NCBI GenBank assembly: GCA_048882045.1
Contig: JBHLRZ010000001.1
Coordinates: forward strand, 1-64,000
Direction of reading: 5' to 3'
Length of the DNA: 64,000 nt
From: Candidatus Thorarchaeota archaeon
Lineage (GTDB): Archaea > Asgardarchaeota > Thorarchaeia > Thorarchaeales > Thorarchaeaceae
Positions 9,299-19,265 of the stretch are shown here, in pieces. The translations under genes were made by a program, and so were the position numbers. The notes below the pieces were generated by a model. That model saw only the letters and a list, made by a program, of their open reading frames with translations, did no database searches and was not told the DNA's origin. How positions within the stretch are numbered: the stretch's first letter is position 1; each line of letters begins with the position of its first letter.

Positions 9299-11098
9299 TT
9301 ATTCAGCGATGGAGAACTTGACCTTGATCTTGAGACCTTGGGCGGGGTTGCCCTTGACCCTGTCGACTACCTGTGGTGTACTTCCATACTTCTCAGCTAG
9401 TCGTCTGACAAGGTGAAGGCCCACACCCCCATAGCGACGCGTAGGTTCGAACAACTCCCTCTTCTTTGTATCATCAAGTCCAGGCCCATTGTCTGAAATG
9501 GTCAACCAGAACTCATCTGATTTTGCCCTGCCACCGACTTTAACCATCTTCTCTGAGTCATCCTTAAGGTTGTGAACGACTGCATTTTCAAGAAGGTTCC
9601 ATACGAGCTGGCTGACTGCCTGATCAGCAAGCACCATGATCTTCTCCGGTAGCTTCTCGATATCGACCTTGACACCTCTCTGTTTGAAGAGAAGCTCCGA
9701 CTCAGCTCTAATCACTTGAGCTATATCCACAGGACCCAAGGGTTCGGTCTTTGCCTCCTCAGCCTTTCGGACCTTCTGAATGAGCTCGAGACAACGCAAG
9801 GCCCCATCCATGACATATCGTTTTGACCTCATGATCTGATTCGGAGGAGCATCTTTCTCCAGAAAGTCTCCACCAGCTAAGATAAGCTGGAGCTGGTTTC
9901 CAATATCATGAAGCAGAAGATCCAGTAAGAAGTAGACCTCAGCCTCCGCATTCTTCACGTCAGAGATGTCTGTAAAGATGGCGAGACTACCAATGTATTC
10001 ACCGTCAGGATCAAAGAGGGGAGAAGCGGATATCATAACAGGGATGAGAGTCCCTGACTTATGTTTAAGCAGAGCATCATAGTGTTCGATCTTGCCTCCT
10101 TTTCGTTCCTCCATCTTCTCTTGGACCTTGTTCTCTGTCCAACCATGTAGGATGTCGGTGATTGGTACTCCAATCAGTTGCTCTACATTGTCACATCCCA
10201 ACATTCTACAAAGTGCCTCATTTGCAAGGACCATCATTCCTTCTGTATTGTCCACAGCCAACCCTGAGTCCATAGTTTCTATGAGTGACCTGTACCGACG
10301 CTCGCTCTCTTGTAGCGCACGAGCACTGAGTTTCTCGTCAGTGATATCAACCAACTGTGCGGTAGTTTTGATCTTTCCATCCTTGCCACGGATGGTGCCT
10401 ACATTCATCCGTATATCAACCACAGACTCATCCTTTCGCACTATCTTGAACTCATACAATGAAGGGACTGATTCGCCCTTCTGACGTTTCCTATACCTTT
10501 CTGCAACAAGGTCTACATCGTCTGGATGAACAAACTCACGGAAATCATGGCCAAGTATCTCACTTCTTCTCCGTCCAAGAAGGTCACACATCTTGTCATT
10601 CACATACTCGAATTTGTATTGATCATCAACAACTATCATTCCAGCAAAGCTGTAGTAGTCGACCATGAATTCCAGGATTTCCTTCTGCTCGTCGATCTTA
10701 TCTTCAATAGATTCTCGACGACTCAGGTCTAGTGCATAGACCACGAATCCGATAATCTTGCCTTGCTCAGTGATTGTGTTTGTGTAGACCTGTGTTGGAA
10801 CCTTGACTCCATCTCCCCTGACAACTCTGAGAGACATGGAAACTGACGGGACACCCTTCCTGAGAGTTCGCAGACCATCTTCAACCTGTGCAAGCTGCTC
10901 TGAAACCACTAGGTCTGGAACGGAAACTCCCTCTTTCAGAATGTTCTTGTCAAGTTTCAGAAGCTCAATTGCTGGACCATTTGCGTATGTCAACACGAAG
11001 TTCTCGTCCAACTCAATGACAGGAATCAACATACTGTCTGCTACTTCGTGGAACGATTTCCTCTTGGGGGACGTCTTACTCTTGAATGACTGTTTCAT
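9299..11098 (-). CDS. Cytoplasmic PAS-domain sensor histidine kinase (three PAS repeats)
   Basis: PAS repeats (YAN/YVN/LAN...); H-box LLHDIGNQL, N-box NLLENA, G1 DNGPG, G2 GVGL. Confidence 0.88.
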   Translation of the reverse strand: MKQSFKSKTSPKRKSFHEVADSMLIPVIELDENFVLTYANGPAIELLKLDKNILKEGVSVPDLVVSEQLAQVEDGLRTLRKGVPSVSMSLRVVRGDGVKVPTQVYTNTITEQGKIIGFVVYALDLSRRESIEDKIDEQKEILEFMVDYYSFAGMIVVDDQYKFEYVNDKMCDLLGRRRSEILGHDFREFVHPDDVDLVAERYRKRQKGESVPSLYEFKIVRKDESVVDIRMNVGTIRGKDGKIKTTAQLVDITDEKLSARALQESERRYRSLIETMDSGLAVDNTEGMMVLANEALCRMLGCDNVEQLIGVPITDILHGWTENKVQEKMEERKGGKIEHYDALLKHKSGTLIPVMISASPLFDPDGEYIGSLAIFTDISDVKNAEAEVYFLLDLLLHDIGNQLQLILAGGDFLEKDAPPNQIMRSKRYVMDGALRCLELIQKVRKAEEAKTEPLGPVDIAQVIRAESELLFKQRGVKVDIEKLPEKIMVLADQAVSQLVWNLLENAVVHNLKDDSEKMVKVGGRAKSDEFWLTISDNGPGLDDTKKRELFEPTRRYGGVGLHLVRRLAEKYGSTPQVVDRVKGNPAQGLKIKVKFSIAE

Positions 11099-11283
11099 AG
11101 TCCCACTTCTGTGTCTGGTTATACCTATTCAACAACGCGCGACAAATCAACATCTGGAAGGGCGTGTGCATGACTAGGAATCAGGCTAATAACCATTAGT
11201 AAGATGTATTGAGTGAAAGGGCAACATCTTAAAGTGGTAAATGCTTGGGAGTGAAGGCTGAACCACATACGGAGAGTCGACCT

Positions 11284-11775
11284 GTGAAGAGCATACTTGT
11301 CATCGATGTCAACAAGTGTACTGGTTGTAGAAATTGTGAACTAGCCTGCTCAGCCAAGCACACTAACTCGTTCAATCCAAAGAGGTCGAGGATTCAAATC
11401 CTCAAGAACGAGGCGCAGAATATGATCCTACCAATGGTCTGTCTGCACTGTGAGGTGCCACTCTGTGAACAGGCATGCCCTAATGGTGCCTTGGTCTACA
11501 ATGAGAAAGGAACACTATATGTTAAGAGCAAAGTGTGCATCGGTTGTGGAAACTGCGTCACAGCATGTACATTCGGTGGTATTGAGATTGATCCGATGAC
11601 AAGAAAGGCCATCAAGTGTGACCTATGTTGGGGGAATCCAGCCTGTGTCAAGGCGTGTGATTATGGAGCCATTAGTATGCTAGAGGCCAAGAAAAAGGGA
11701 CTGATGGCGAGAAAGAATGGTACAGACCCGGTAGTTCAGATATTAGGACTCAATACAGGAGAGGTGCAACAATGA
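11284..11775 (+). CDS. 4Fe-4S dicluster electron-transfer subunit of AOR-family enzyme
   Basis: CTGCRNCELAC, CLHCEVPLCEQACP, CIGCGNCVTAC, KCDLC; GTG start after GGAG; stop overlaps AOR start. Confidence 0.88.
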   Translation: MKSILVIDVNKCTGCRNCELACSAKHTNSFNPKRSRIQILKNEAQNMILPMVCLHCEVPLCEQACPNGALVYNEKGTLYVKSKVCIGCGNCVTACTFGGIEIDPMTRKAIKCDLCWGNPACVKACDYGAISMLEAKKKGLMARKNGTDPVVQILGLNTGEVQQ

Positions 11776-13700
11776 CATTTCCATACAAAGGATATGCAGG
11801 ATACTATCTGGATGTTGATCTGACGAGTGGAAAGATACACAAGAAGGAAATGGAGAAGGAATGGGCACGACTCTATCTTGGTGGGAGTGGAGTCGCAGCA
11901 AGGATACTCTGGGAACGTACTGGACCTGAAACGAACCCTCTTGGACCAGAAAATGTCCTTGTCGTTGGAACAGGACCACTTACAGGTTCAATGTTCTCGC
12001 CTTCTGGACGTTTCATGTTTGCAGCTAAGGGACCACTTACTGGAGTCTGGGCGGAAAGTCATGTTGGAGGTTTTATGGGTCCAGAGATCAAGTATGCAGG
12101 CTTCGACTTCATAATCTTCAATGGACGCTCAGAGAAACCCGTGTATCTCTTTGTCAAGGATGGAGATGCTGAGCTCCGTGATGCCTCACATCTGTGGGGC
12201 AGGGAGACAGATGTTGCAGCACGTATGATTCGAGAGGAGATGAGGGATCCGACCGTTGAAGTAGCAGTAATAGGACCTGGTGGCGAGAATGGCGTCCTAT
12301 ATGGAGCAATCATTGTAGACTTCTATCGCGCCGCAGGTCGTGCAGGACTCGGTACAGTCTTGGGATCAAAGAATGTCAAGGCTATCGCAGCGAGCGGGGC
12401 TCTGGGTATCGAGGTACATGACATGGAGAAGTACCTTGAAGCTAATGATGTCGAAATGGAGAGGCTAAATGATCCTCTCTGGACTGATTCACTTGCCTCT
12501 CTGAGAAAGTATGGAACCACGGACTTAGTTGCGATAATAAACGAAATTGGACGCTTGCCTACGAAGAATCACTGGACTGGCTTCTATGAGAGTGCAGATG
12601 ATATAGGTCCCGAAACTATTAGGGAGGGATATCGAATTGGTCAGGAAGCCTGCCATGGGTGTGCAATTGGTTGTAAATACATCATCCGTGTGACCAATAG
12701 CAAATACAATACAGGTCCAATTGGAGGACCAGAGTATGAAACTCTTATGGCATTTGGTTCGAACTGCATGAACAATGATGTAGAGTCTGTTTTCCATCTA
12801 GGAAAGCGGTGTGATCTATTAGGCCTAGACACAATCAGCTGTGGGAAGTCGATAGGATTTGCTATGGACCTATGGGAGCAAGGAATCATTTCTGCGCAGG
12901 ACACAGATGGACTTGACCTTAGTTGGGGTAATGCTGAGTCTCAAGCCGCCCTAGTGGAGAAGATCGCAAAACGTGAAGGATTTGGAAAGATTCTAGCTGA
13001 AGGTGTCAGGAAAGCGGCTGAGAAGATAGGTGGAGAGGCTTGGAAGTATGCTGTCCACGTCAAAGGGCTAGAAGCATCAGGACAGGACCCAAGAGCGCAC
13101 CAAAGCATTGGACTCACCTATGCGACCAATGTCAGAGGTGCTGACCATCTCAGAAGCCTCTCTAGTCTTGAAGAGCTAGGTTATCCCAGCATCGTGACTG
13201 ACAGGTTTGGAAAAGAAAAGACTGAGGCTATCCTTGACATCATGTCACCTGAGCACAAGGGTGAACTTGTCTGGGACATGGAAGACTTGTACGCACTCGT
13301 AGACTCGAGCGTCATCTGCAAGTATGGAACGATGTGGCCTCCGGTCTATTACTTCGACACTTTTGTCAATGTCATACCTCACCTCACAGGTATGGAGGAG
13401 TGGGGAAACCCGAAGTTTGTACGACGGACCGCAGAGAGGATCAGTCATCTGAGGAGGGCATACAACCACAGGTTGGGTATCACTAGAAAGGATGAAACAC
13501 TTCCGAAGAGGTTGCTTGAGGATCCTATGCCGACCGGGCCATCCAAGGGCGGTCTCCCAGACCTAGATATTATGCTCGACGACTACTACAAGTTTCGGGG
13601 CTGTGACAAGGAAACAGGTTATCCACTGGAATCCAAGCTAAAGGAATTGGAGCTTGATTTTGTAATTGAAGACTTGAAGCCTCGTGGAATGGTTCGATAA
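11772..13700 (+). CDS. Aldehyde:ferredoxin oxidoreductase family (W/Mo-bis-pterin) protein
   Basis: ESHVGG, AAGRAGLGTVLGSKNVKA, CHGCAIGC, EYET, GLDTISCG, RGADHL. Confidence 0.93.
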   Translation: MTFPYKGYAGYYLDVDLTSGKIHKKEMEKEWARLYLGGSGVAARILWERTGPETNPLGPENVLVVGTGPLTGSMFSPSGRFMFAAKGPLTGVWAESHVGGFMGPEIKYAGFDFIIFNGRSEKPVYLFVKDGDAELRDASHLWGRETDVAARMIREEMRDPTVEVAVIGPGGENGVLYGAIIVDFYRAAGRAGLGTVLGSKNVKAIAASGALGIEVHDMEKYLEANDVEMERLNDPLWTDSLASLRKYGTTDLVAIINEIGRLPTKNHWTGFYESADDIGPETIREGYRIGQEACHGCAIGCKYIIRVTNSKYNTGPIGGPEYETLMAFGSNCMNNDVESVFHLGKRCDLLGLDTISCGKSIGFAMDLWEQGIISAQDTDGLDLSWGNAESQAALVEKIAKREGFGKILAEGVRKAAEKIGGEAWKYAVHVKGLEASGQDPRAHQSIGLTYATNVRGADHLRSLSSLEELGYPSIVTDRFGKEKTEAILDIMSPEHKGELVWDMEDLYALVDSSVICKYGTMWPPVYYFDTFVNVIPHLTGMEEWGNPKFVRRTAERISHLRRAYNHRLGITRKDETLPKRLLEDPMPTGPSKGGLPDLDIMLDDYYKFRGCDKETGYPLESKLKELELDFVIEDLKPRGMVR

Positions 13701-13797
13701 CGAAGTAGATAATGATGGGAGTAGCTTTAAGTGAGATATTAAAGCTCGACCAAACGTAAATTGACTGTTCCCATCAGACAGAAGGCGAAATTCGGAA

Positions 13798-15603
13798 ATG
13801 ACTGAAAGAGAATCGGTGAAAAGACAGATAGTCCTGTATTCGTCTGGAGCTTTGATTGGCGTGGTTTCAGGATTCGCTGCTATTTTGTTCCGAATGCTTA
13901 TTCTCGGTTTTAGTACACTCTTCCTCACACTGCCGCAAGTGATTGGTACTCTTGGATGGGTGATAGCTCCAATCGTAGGAGGCTTGATTGTTGCATTTAT
14001 CGTAGTGAGATATGCACCTGAAGCAAAGGGACATGGAGTACCAGAGGTGATAGAAGCATATGCACTGCGCGAGGGGAGGATACGTTTTCGTGTACCCCTT
14101 CTAAAGAGTCTAGCCTCAGCAATTTGCATTGGTTCAGGCGGTTCATGCGGGCGAGAGGGACCAATTGCGCAGATAGGTGCGGGTGCAGGGTCCGCGGTAG
14201 CAACTGCACTCAAGTTCGATAAGAGAGAGAGAAGAACACTTGTGGTGTGTGGACTCTCATCAGGGATTGCTGCAACTTTCAACGCCCCCTTGGGTGGGGC
14301 TCTCTTTGGAATTGAGGTCTTGGCAGGAGGAATAATAGGATTCTCAATCCTTCCGGTCATTTTGGCATCGGTGGTTGCAACAGCACTTGCAGATTTCGTG
14401 CTCGGGACATCCGTGTCATTTCAAGCTCCTCTCTTCTCTATGGGTCACCCACTCGAGCTTCTGTTCTACCTTGTACTCGGAATCATATTTGGGGTGACTA
14501 GCGTCATCTGGATGAGGGGATTCTATACCATAGAGGATTTGTTAGAAAAAATACGTGTTTCAAAATACTTCCTTCCAGCGGTCGGGGGCCTGCTTGTTGG
14601 AATTCTTGCTGTGGCGTCTATATATTTGGAGGGAATGTTTGCATACGCTGGGGAATTCTCAGCAGCCCGTCCCTATTATCCTGTAATGATGGGTGTGGGT
14701 TACGCATTCATTGACGCAACTCTATTGGGGGGTGTAGCAATAGGAGCACTCTTCATATTTGGCATCTTCAAAGTTCTAGCAACCAGTTTTACTCTTGGCT
14801 CCGGAGGTTCTGGTGGTGTGTTTGCACCGACTCTTTTCATGGGAGCTGGATTTGGCGGAGCGTTTGGATTGGCATTTTCAATAGTTGCTCCGTGGGCAGT
14901 TCCACAACCAATGGCTTTCGCATTAGTTGGTATGGCGGCACTGTTTGCTGGAGCGGGGCGAGCTCCGATCACATGCATCGTTATGCTTATGGAAATGACG
15001 GGTGATTATTCCTTGATACTTCCACTGATGATTGCAGTTTCTGCATCATATCTGGTTTCGTCGCTTATAGAACCCGAGAGCATTTACACACTCAAACTAT
15101 CCAGAAGAGGGGTCAGACTACAAAGGGGAACTCATGTCGAAGTTCTCAAGACCATTAGGGTTGGAGATGTGATGACAAAAGACCCAACAGTTCTGCATCC
15201 TACAATGACTACAACCGAAGTGTTTGAAATCATCGACAGGACCCATCACACAAAATACCCGGTCATTGATGACTTTGGCAATATTATAGGAATAATGATT
15301 GCAGAGGATTTATTCAGGAAATCTGAGGAAACAGATAGAGACCTTCAGGTAAGAGAACTCATGAATCCAGATTTTCTGCATCTTGCTCCAGAGTGTACTA
15401 TGGACAGCGCGCTTCAAGCCATGATCAAGCGCGATGAGGGTCATGCAGTTATTGTTAGTCCAACAGAACCCAACAAGATGATAGGGTACATCACAAAGGC
15501 TGATGTTCTCAAAGCATATGAGATAGCCATTATCAATTTGCAGAAACGGGGTACTGATGTGGAAGACATTGATCCTGCGGATATCATCGATGTAGGTGAC
15601 TGA
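13798..15603 (+). CDS. ClC-family chloride channel/antiporter with tandem CBS domains
   Basis: GHGVPE, GREGP, FNAPLGG, GGVFAP motifs; C-terminal CBS pair. Confidence 0.93.
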   Translation: MTERESVKRQIVLYSSGALIGVVSGFAAILFRMLILGFSTLFLTLPQVIGTLGWVIAPIVGGLIVAFIVVRYAPEAKGHGVPEVIEAYALREGRIRFRVPLLKSLASAICIGSGGSCGREGPIAQIGAGAGSAVATALKFDKRERRTLVVCGLSSGIAATFNAPLGGALFGIEVLAGGIIGFSILPVILASVVATALADFVLGTSVSFQAPLFSMGHPLELLFYLVLGIIFGVTSVIWMRGFYTIEDLLEKIRVSKYFLPAVGGLLVGILAVASIYLEGMFAYAGEFSAARPYYPVMMGVGYAFIDATLLGGVAIGALFIFGIFKVLATSFTLGSGGSGGVFAPTLFMGAGFGGAFGLAFSIVAPWAVPQPMAFALVGMAALFAGAGRAPITCIVMLMEMTGDYSLILPLMIAVSASYLVSSLIEPESIYTLKLSRRGVRLQRGTHVEVLKTIRVGDVMTKDPTVLHPTMTTTEVFEIIDRTHHTKYPVIDDFGNIIGIMIAEDLFRKSEETDRDLQVRELMNPDFLHLAPECTMDSALQAMIKRDEGHAVIVSPTEPNKMIGYITKADVLKAYEIAIINLQKRGTDVEDIDPADIIDVGD

Positions 15604-15657
15604 TGTCAAGCCTTGAGTAGTCGAACACTTTATGTTTGAGATGTCAAAAAGCACAGT

Positions 15658-16752
15658 ATGGCAGATATCAGTACTGAGTTTGCAGGAATCAAACTAAAGA
15701 ATCCAGTCATGACTGCAGCTGGTCCTACCTCTCGAGATGGAATAACTCTGCTGAATGCAGCAGCAGGAGGAGTAGGGGGTCTTGTCGCCAAAACTGTAAG
15801 TGTCAAACCTGCAGATGTCCCCCGACCAAACATGGCCGCTCTGAACCACGGGAGAGTTGGCTCACGAAGAGGAATTCTTAATGCTGAGCTCTGGAGTGAG
15901 ATTTCGGTCGAGCAGTGGTTAGAGAAGGAATATGCGATAGCTCTTAGCTCAGGACTGCCACTCATTGCCAGTGTGGGATACACGCCTGAAGAGGTTTCAC
16001 AGTTGGCACCGAAGATCGAGAAGGCTGGAGCGAATGCTATCGAGTTCAGCACACACTATGTCGGTGGGCATACAGAAATCGCCAAGGCTCTGAAAGAGGT
16101 CGTTGAGATTCCAATCTTTGCCAAACTCAGTCCAAAGGTCGATGTCGCTGAAATAGCCAAAGCACTTGAACCTCATGTGGACGGCATTGTCGGAATAAAC
16201 AGCTTCGGTCCATGTCTGAGGATTGATATCGAGTCGGGAAAACCTCTGTTGGGGAGCAGTGACGGATATGGATGGATGAGTGGAGCCGCGATAAGACCGT
16301 TAGCGATACGATGCGTATCAGACATTGCACGAGCTGTGAGTGTTCCTGTCATTGGTGTTGGTGGAGTGACCTCGGGAGAGGATGTAATCGAGTTCACAAT
16401 GGTCGGTGCCTCAGCTGTAGAGATCTGCACTGCGGCCATTCTTGAAGGCAATACAGTCTACGGTAAGATTGCAATGGAAACCTCTGACTGGCTGGACCAG
16501 CACGGGTATGACTCCTTGGATGACATCAGGGGGAAGGCACTTACTCATCTTGACGGTAGTGCGACGCTTGAACCACCTCCCAGTGTGGACATGACGAAAT
16601 GCACCTTCTGTGGGCTCTGTCCCAAATCATGTGTATACGATGCAATTACTGTGGACAAGAAGAAGGAGATTTTTGAGATAGATGATACGCTCTGCCAAGC
16701 ATGCGGAATGTGCATCTCCGTGTGTCCGTATCATGCATTGAGTCCAGGTTAA
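15658..16752 (+). CDS. Dihydroorotate/dihydropyrimidine dehydrogenase-family FMN enzyme with C-terminal 2x4Fe-4S (PreA-like)
   Basis: LKNPVMTAAGP, AKT, AKLSP, INS, GWMSG, IGVGGV, GASAVEICTA; CTFCGLCPKSC...CQACGMCISVCP. Confidence 0.8.
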   Translation: MADISTEFAGIKLKNPVMTAAGPTSRDGITLLNAAAGGVGGLVAKTVSVKPADVPRPNMAALNHGRVGSRRGILNAELWSEISVEQWLEKEYAIALSSGLPLIASVGYTPEEVSQLAPKIEKAGANAIEFSTHYVGGHTEIAKALKEVVEIPIFAKLSPKVDVAEIAKALEPHVDGIVGINSFGPCLRIDIESGKPLLGSSDGYGWMSGAAIRPLAIRCVSDIARAVSVPVIGVGGVTSGEDVIEFTMVGASAVEICTAAILEGNTVYGKIAMETSDWLDQHGYDSLDDIRGKALTHLDGSATLEPPPSVDMTKCTFCGLCPKSCVYDAITVDKKKEIFEIDDTLCQACGMCISVCPYHALSPG

Positions 16753-17933
16753 ACCCACAACCTCGTGTCAAGGTTCCTAGTGAGTATTTTCGCCTTGCCT
16801 TGCGTCACAGCATAGTCATTCTCCAACCTGACACCACCAATCTTCTCAAAGTAGACACCAGGCTCAATGGCCATGACATTTCCCTCATCAAAGTGTGTTT
16901 CGTGATTATACATGCTTGGTTGTTCATGGACTTCCAGTCCAATGCCATGGCCCAGACCATGGGTCATTCCATCCTTTGCATCAGGATTGAGTCGTCTTGA
17001 GTCAAATCCAAGTTGCTTCAGTTTATTAACGCAGGCTAGGTTTACATCATCAATCTTCGCACTATCTGTCAAGGAGTCCACCGCTGCATCGATTGCTGCT
17101 TCAGTTGCTTCAAACATCTCCTTTACTCTCTTGGGAGGAGTTCCCTTTACGATAGTCCGAGTGACATCAGCAACATAGCGTTCAATCTTGAGTCTTGGAA
17201 AAACGTCTAGGATGATTGGAACTTCAGCCTTTAGCCTGTCATTAGATGCACCAAGATAATGCCAGTCAAACGCCTTCTCACCCACAGCGAGAATTGTATC
17301 CTCTGAAGATTCACTGGTCCTGTCAACAAGACAGTGTTCCATGGCCATCTTGAGTTGACCTACTTTCAGTGGTTTGCCATTTCGCATCAGTGTCTTGTTG
17401 GGACCCACGTCTGAGTCCTTAATCATCTCAACTACCTCTTTGATAGCCCCAACTGTGGCATCTCCGGCTTTCTTAATCATCTTGATTTCTTCAGCAGACT
17501 TTGTGGCTCGCGCCTGGGGCACCAATTCTTCTACAACTTTTACATTATATCCAAGTTCTTGCAGGACTACAAGGATGCTTGCAGGAATCTCGTCTGGAAC
17601 ACCGAGTGTTGCTCCAGAAAACTCGTCACGGAGCATAGCTCTGATGAGTACATCTCTGTACTCATTCACAACTTTGTTCTCTTTGAGTAGCTGGATAATA
17701 TGATCGCTCAAATCATAGGTCCGTTTTACAATACTCTCTTTCTTGACACGGTCGATTTGATTGAAATAGCCTCCAATGACGCCCTCTTCACCTCGGTTCT
17801 TCAGATAAAGAAGGTTGTCACTAGTTCGCATTCCTGTCAACCAAAGAAGATTTGGAGAACGGAATGGACTATCAAATGTAAAGAGTCCATCAATCTCATA
17901 CTTGTCCATGAGAGCATCGGTATCTTTCAGCAA
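16749..17933 (-). CDS. Xaa-Pro aminopeptidase (M24B)
   Basis: DVTRT, HGLGHGIGLEVHEQP, IEPGVY, GGVRLEND. Confidence 0.9.
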   Translation of the reverse strand: MLKDTDALMDKYEIDGLFTFDSPFRSPNLLWLTGMRTSDNLLYLKNRGEEGVIGGYFNQIDRVKKESIVKRTYDLSDHIIQLLKENKVVNEYRDVLIRAMLRDEFSGATLGVPDEIPASILVVLQELGYNVKVVEELVPQARATKSAEEIKMIKKAGDATVGAIKEVVEMIKDSDVGPNKTLMRNGKPLKVGQLKMAMEHCLVDRTSESSEDTILAVGEKAFDWHYLGASNDRLKAEVPIILDVFPRLKIERYVADVTRTIVKGTPPKRVKEMFEATEAAIDAAVDSLTDSAKIDDVNLACVNKLKQLGFDSRRLNPDAKDGMTHGLGHGIGLEVHEQPSMYNHETHFDEGNVMAIEPGVYFEKIGGVRLENDYAVTQGKAKILTRNLDTRLWV

Positions 17934-17984
17934 TTCGCTCGCCCTAAGCTCGTCAGGTTATGTGTCAATGAAAAAGGCTTCTGT

Positions 17985-18881
17985 TCAAGCTGGAAGATAA
18001 GATCGCATTCTTGTTTCAATCTTGACACGATCAGGTATACCATAGGGACCAAAAGTCTCAGCATTGAACGATGCACATGTGGCGGCGAATAGACCAGCTC
18101 GGGAAATGTCGAGAGACCTCATATACTCCAAGAGAAACCCTATTGCATACGTGTCCCCACAACCAGTCGAGTCGACCTGATTCTTGGAAAGCACAAGAGG
18201 AATGTCAACCTGAGAGTTGCGAGTGTAGATTGTTGATCCACGATGGTCTCTCGTGACGACGACGATGATTGGACCTAAGTCCAATATATGACTAACAGCT
18301 GAGAGTTCAGATTCAGAGGAATCAGTGAGTCGGAGTTCTGAGTCATGGAACTTGATAACATCCACCTTGCTGAGTATCTTGTCCCGATCGTTCCATCTTC
18401 TAGGAGAAACCAGACCATCTTCCCCAACATGTCTAAGATACCCTTGTACATCAAGAGAAGTGAGAGCACCTTCTTCTGGAGCAGTTTCAAAACATTCTGG
18501 TTCGATCTCATCAGGGGTTAAGGGGGAAAAGTGGATGATCTTGGCATCTTGGTGCACTTCTCTGAAGTTAGATGGAGTGATGGATGGTGCGACTGATTCA
18601 ATTCTTTGAACACGTGTTCCAAGTAAGTCGTATTCATTGACAAAACGAGTCGATTTCCCATCCGTTATACGGAGTCCTGCGAGATCCAGTCCACTTGATT
18701 CCAGTGCCCTCCTATACCCCTCTTCAAAGTCCAATCCAACATTAGAGATGATAGCAGCTCCAAATGCGCCAATAGCGGGAGCCAGCATGGCATAGGCAGT
18801 CCCACCTCCCAGAGCCTCACGTCTGGTCTCAGGTGTAATAATTAGGTCTCTGCTCAGGTTTCCAACAACAACTATCTCCAT
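17985..18881 (-). CDS. PfkB/ribokinase-family carbohydrate or nucleoside kinase
   Basis: GGG N-terminal motif, DVQG, DSTGCGDTY anion-hole motif. Confidence 0.88.
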   Translation of the reverse strand: MEIVVVGNLSRDLIITPETRREALGGGTAYAMLAPAIGAFGAAIISNVGLDFEEGYRRALESSGLDLAGLRITDGKSTRFVNEYDLLGTRVQRIESVAPSITPSNFREVHQDAKIIHFSPLTPDEIEPECFETAPEEGALTSLDVQGYLRHVGEDGLVSPRRWNDRDKILSKVDVIKFHDSELRLTDSSESELSAVSHILDLGPIIVVVTRDHRGSTIYTRNSQVDIPLVLSKNQVDSTGCGDTYAIGFLLEYMRSLDISRAGLFAATCASFNAETFGPYGIPDRVKIETRMRSYLPA

Positions 18882-18986
18882 CTTCTAACTGCATCTGCGC
18901 AAGCTCTCTCCTATAACTTCTGTGCTCCAACGTCAGAAGGCAACGGTTAAAATCTGAAATTCCATCTGGGGTCATAGGGTGTAAGA

Positions 18987-19265
18987 ATGGCACGAGTCTT
19001 AGCTAAGTTCTTCGCAACAGTCCGGGAGGTCACAGGAGTCCGGAGCGCTGAGTTTGATGTGAAGGACATCAAAGAACTACTCGAGATTCTGTCAAAGACT
19101 TATCCCAAGTTTTCTGAGACAGTACTAAAGGATGGTACACTCGAGCTCAAGCAGTTCTTCTCATGCATGGTCAATGGTAAGCGTATCGAACTCTTGAACG
19201 GTTATGACACGATACTCAAGAATGATGATTCGGTCGCACTCTTTCCTCCAGTCGGAGGGGGATGA
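18987..19265 (+). CDS. moaD: MoaD/SAMP ubiquitin-like sulfur carrier
   Basis: KFFATVRE, MVNG, ALFPPVGGG C-terminus. Confidence 0.88.
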   Translation: MARVLAKFFATVREVTGVRSAEFDVKDIKELLEILSKTYPKFSETVLKDGTLELKQFFSCMVNGKRIELLNGYDTILKNDDSVALFPPVGGG

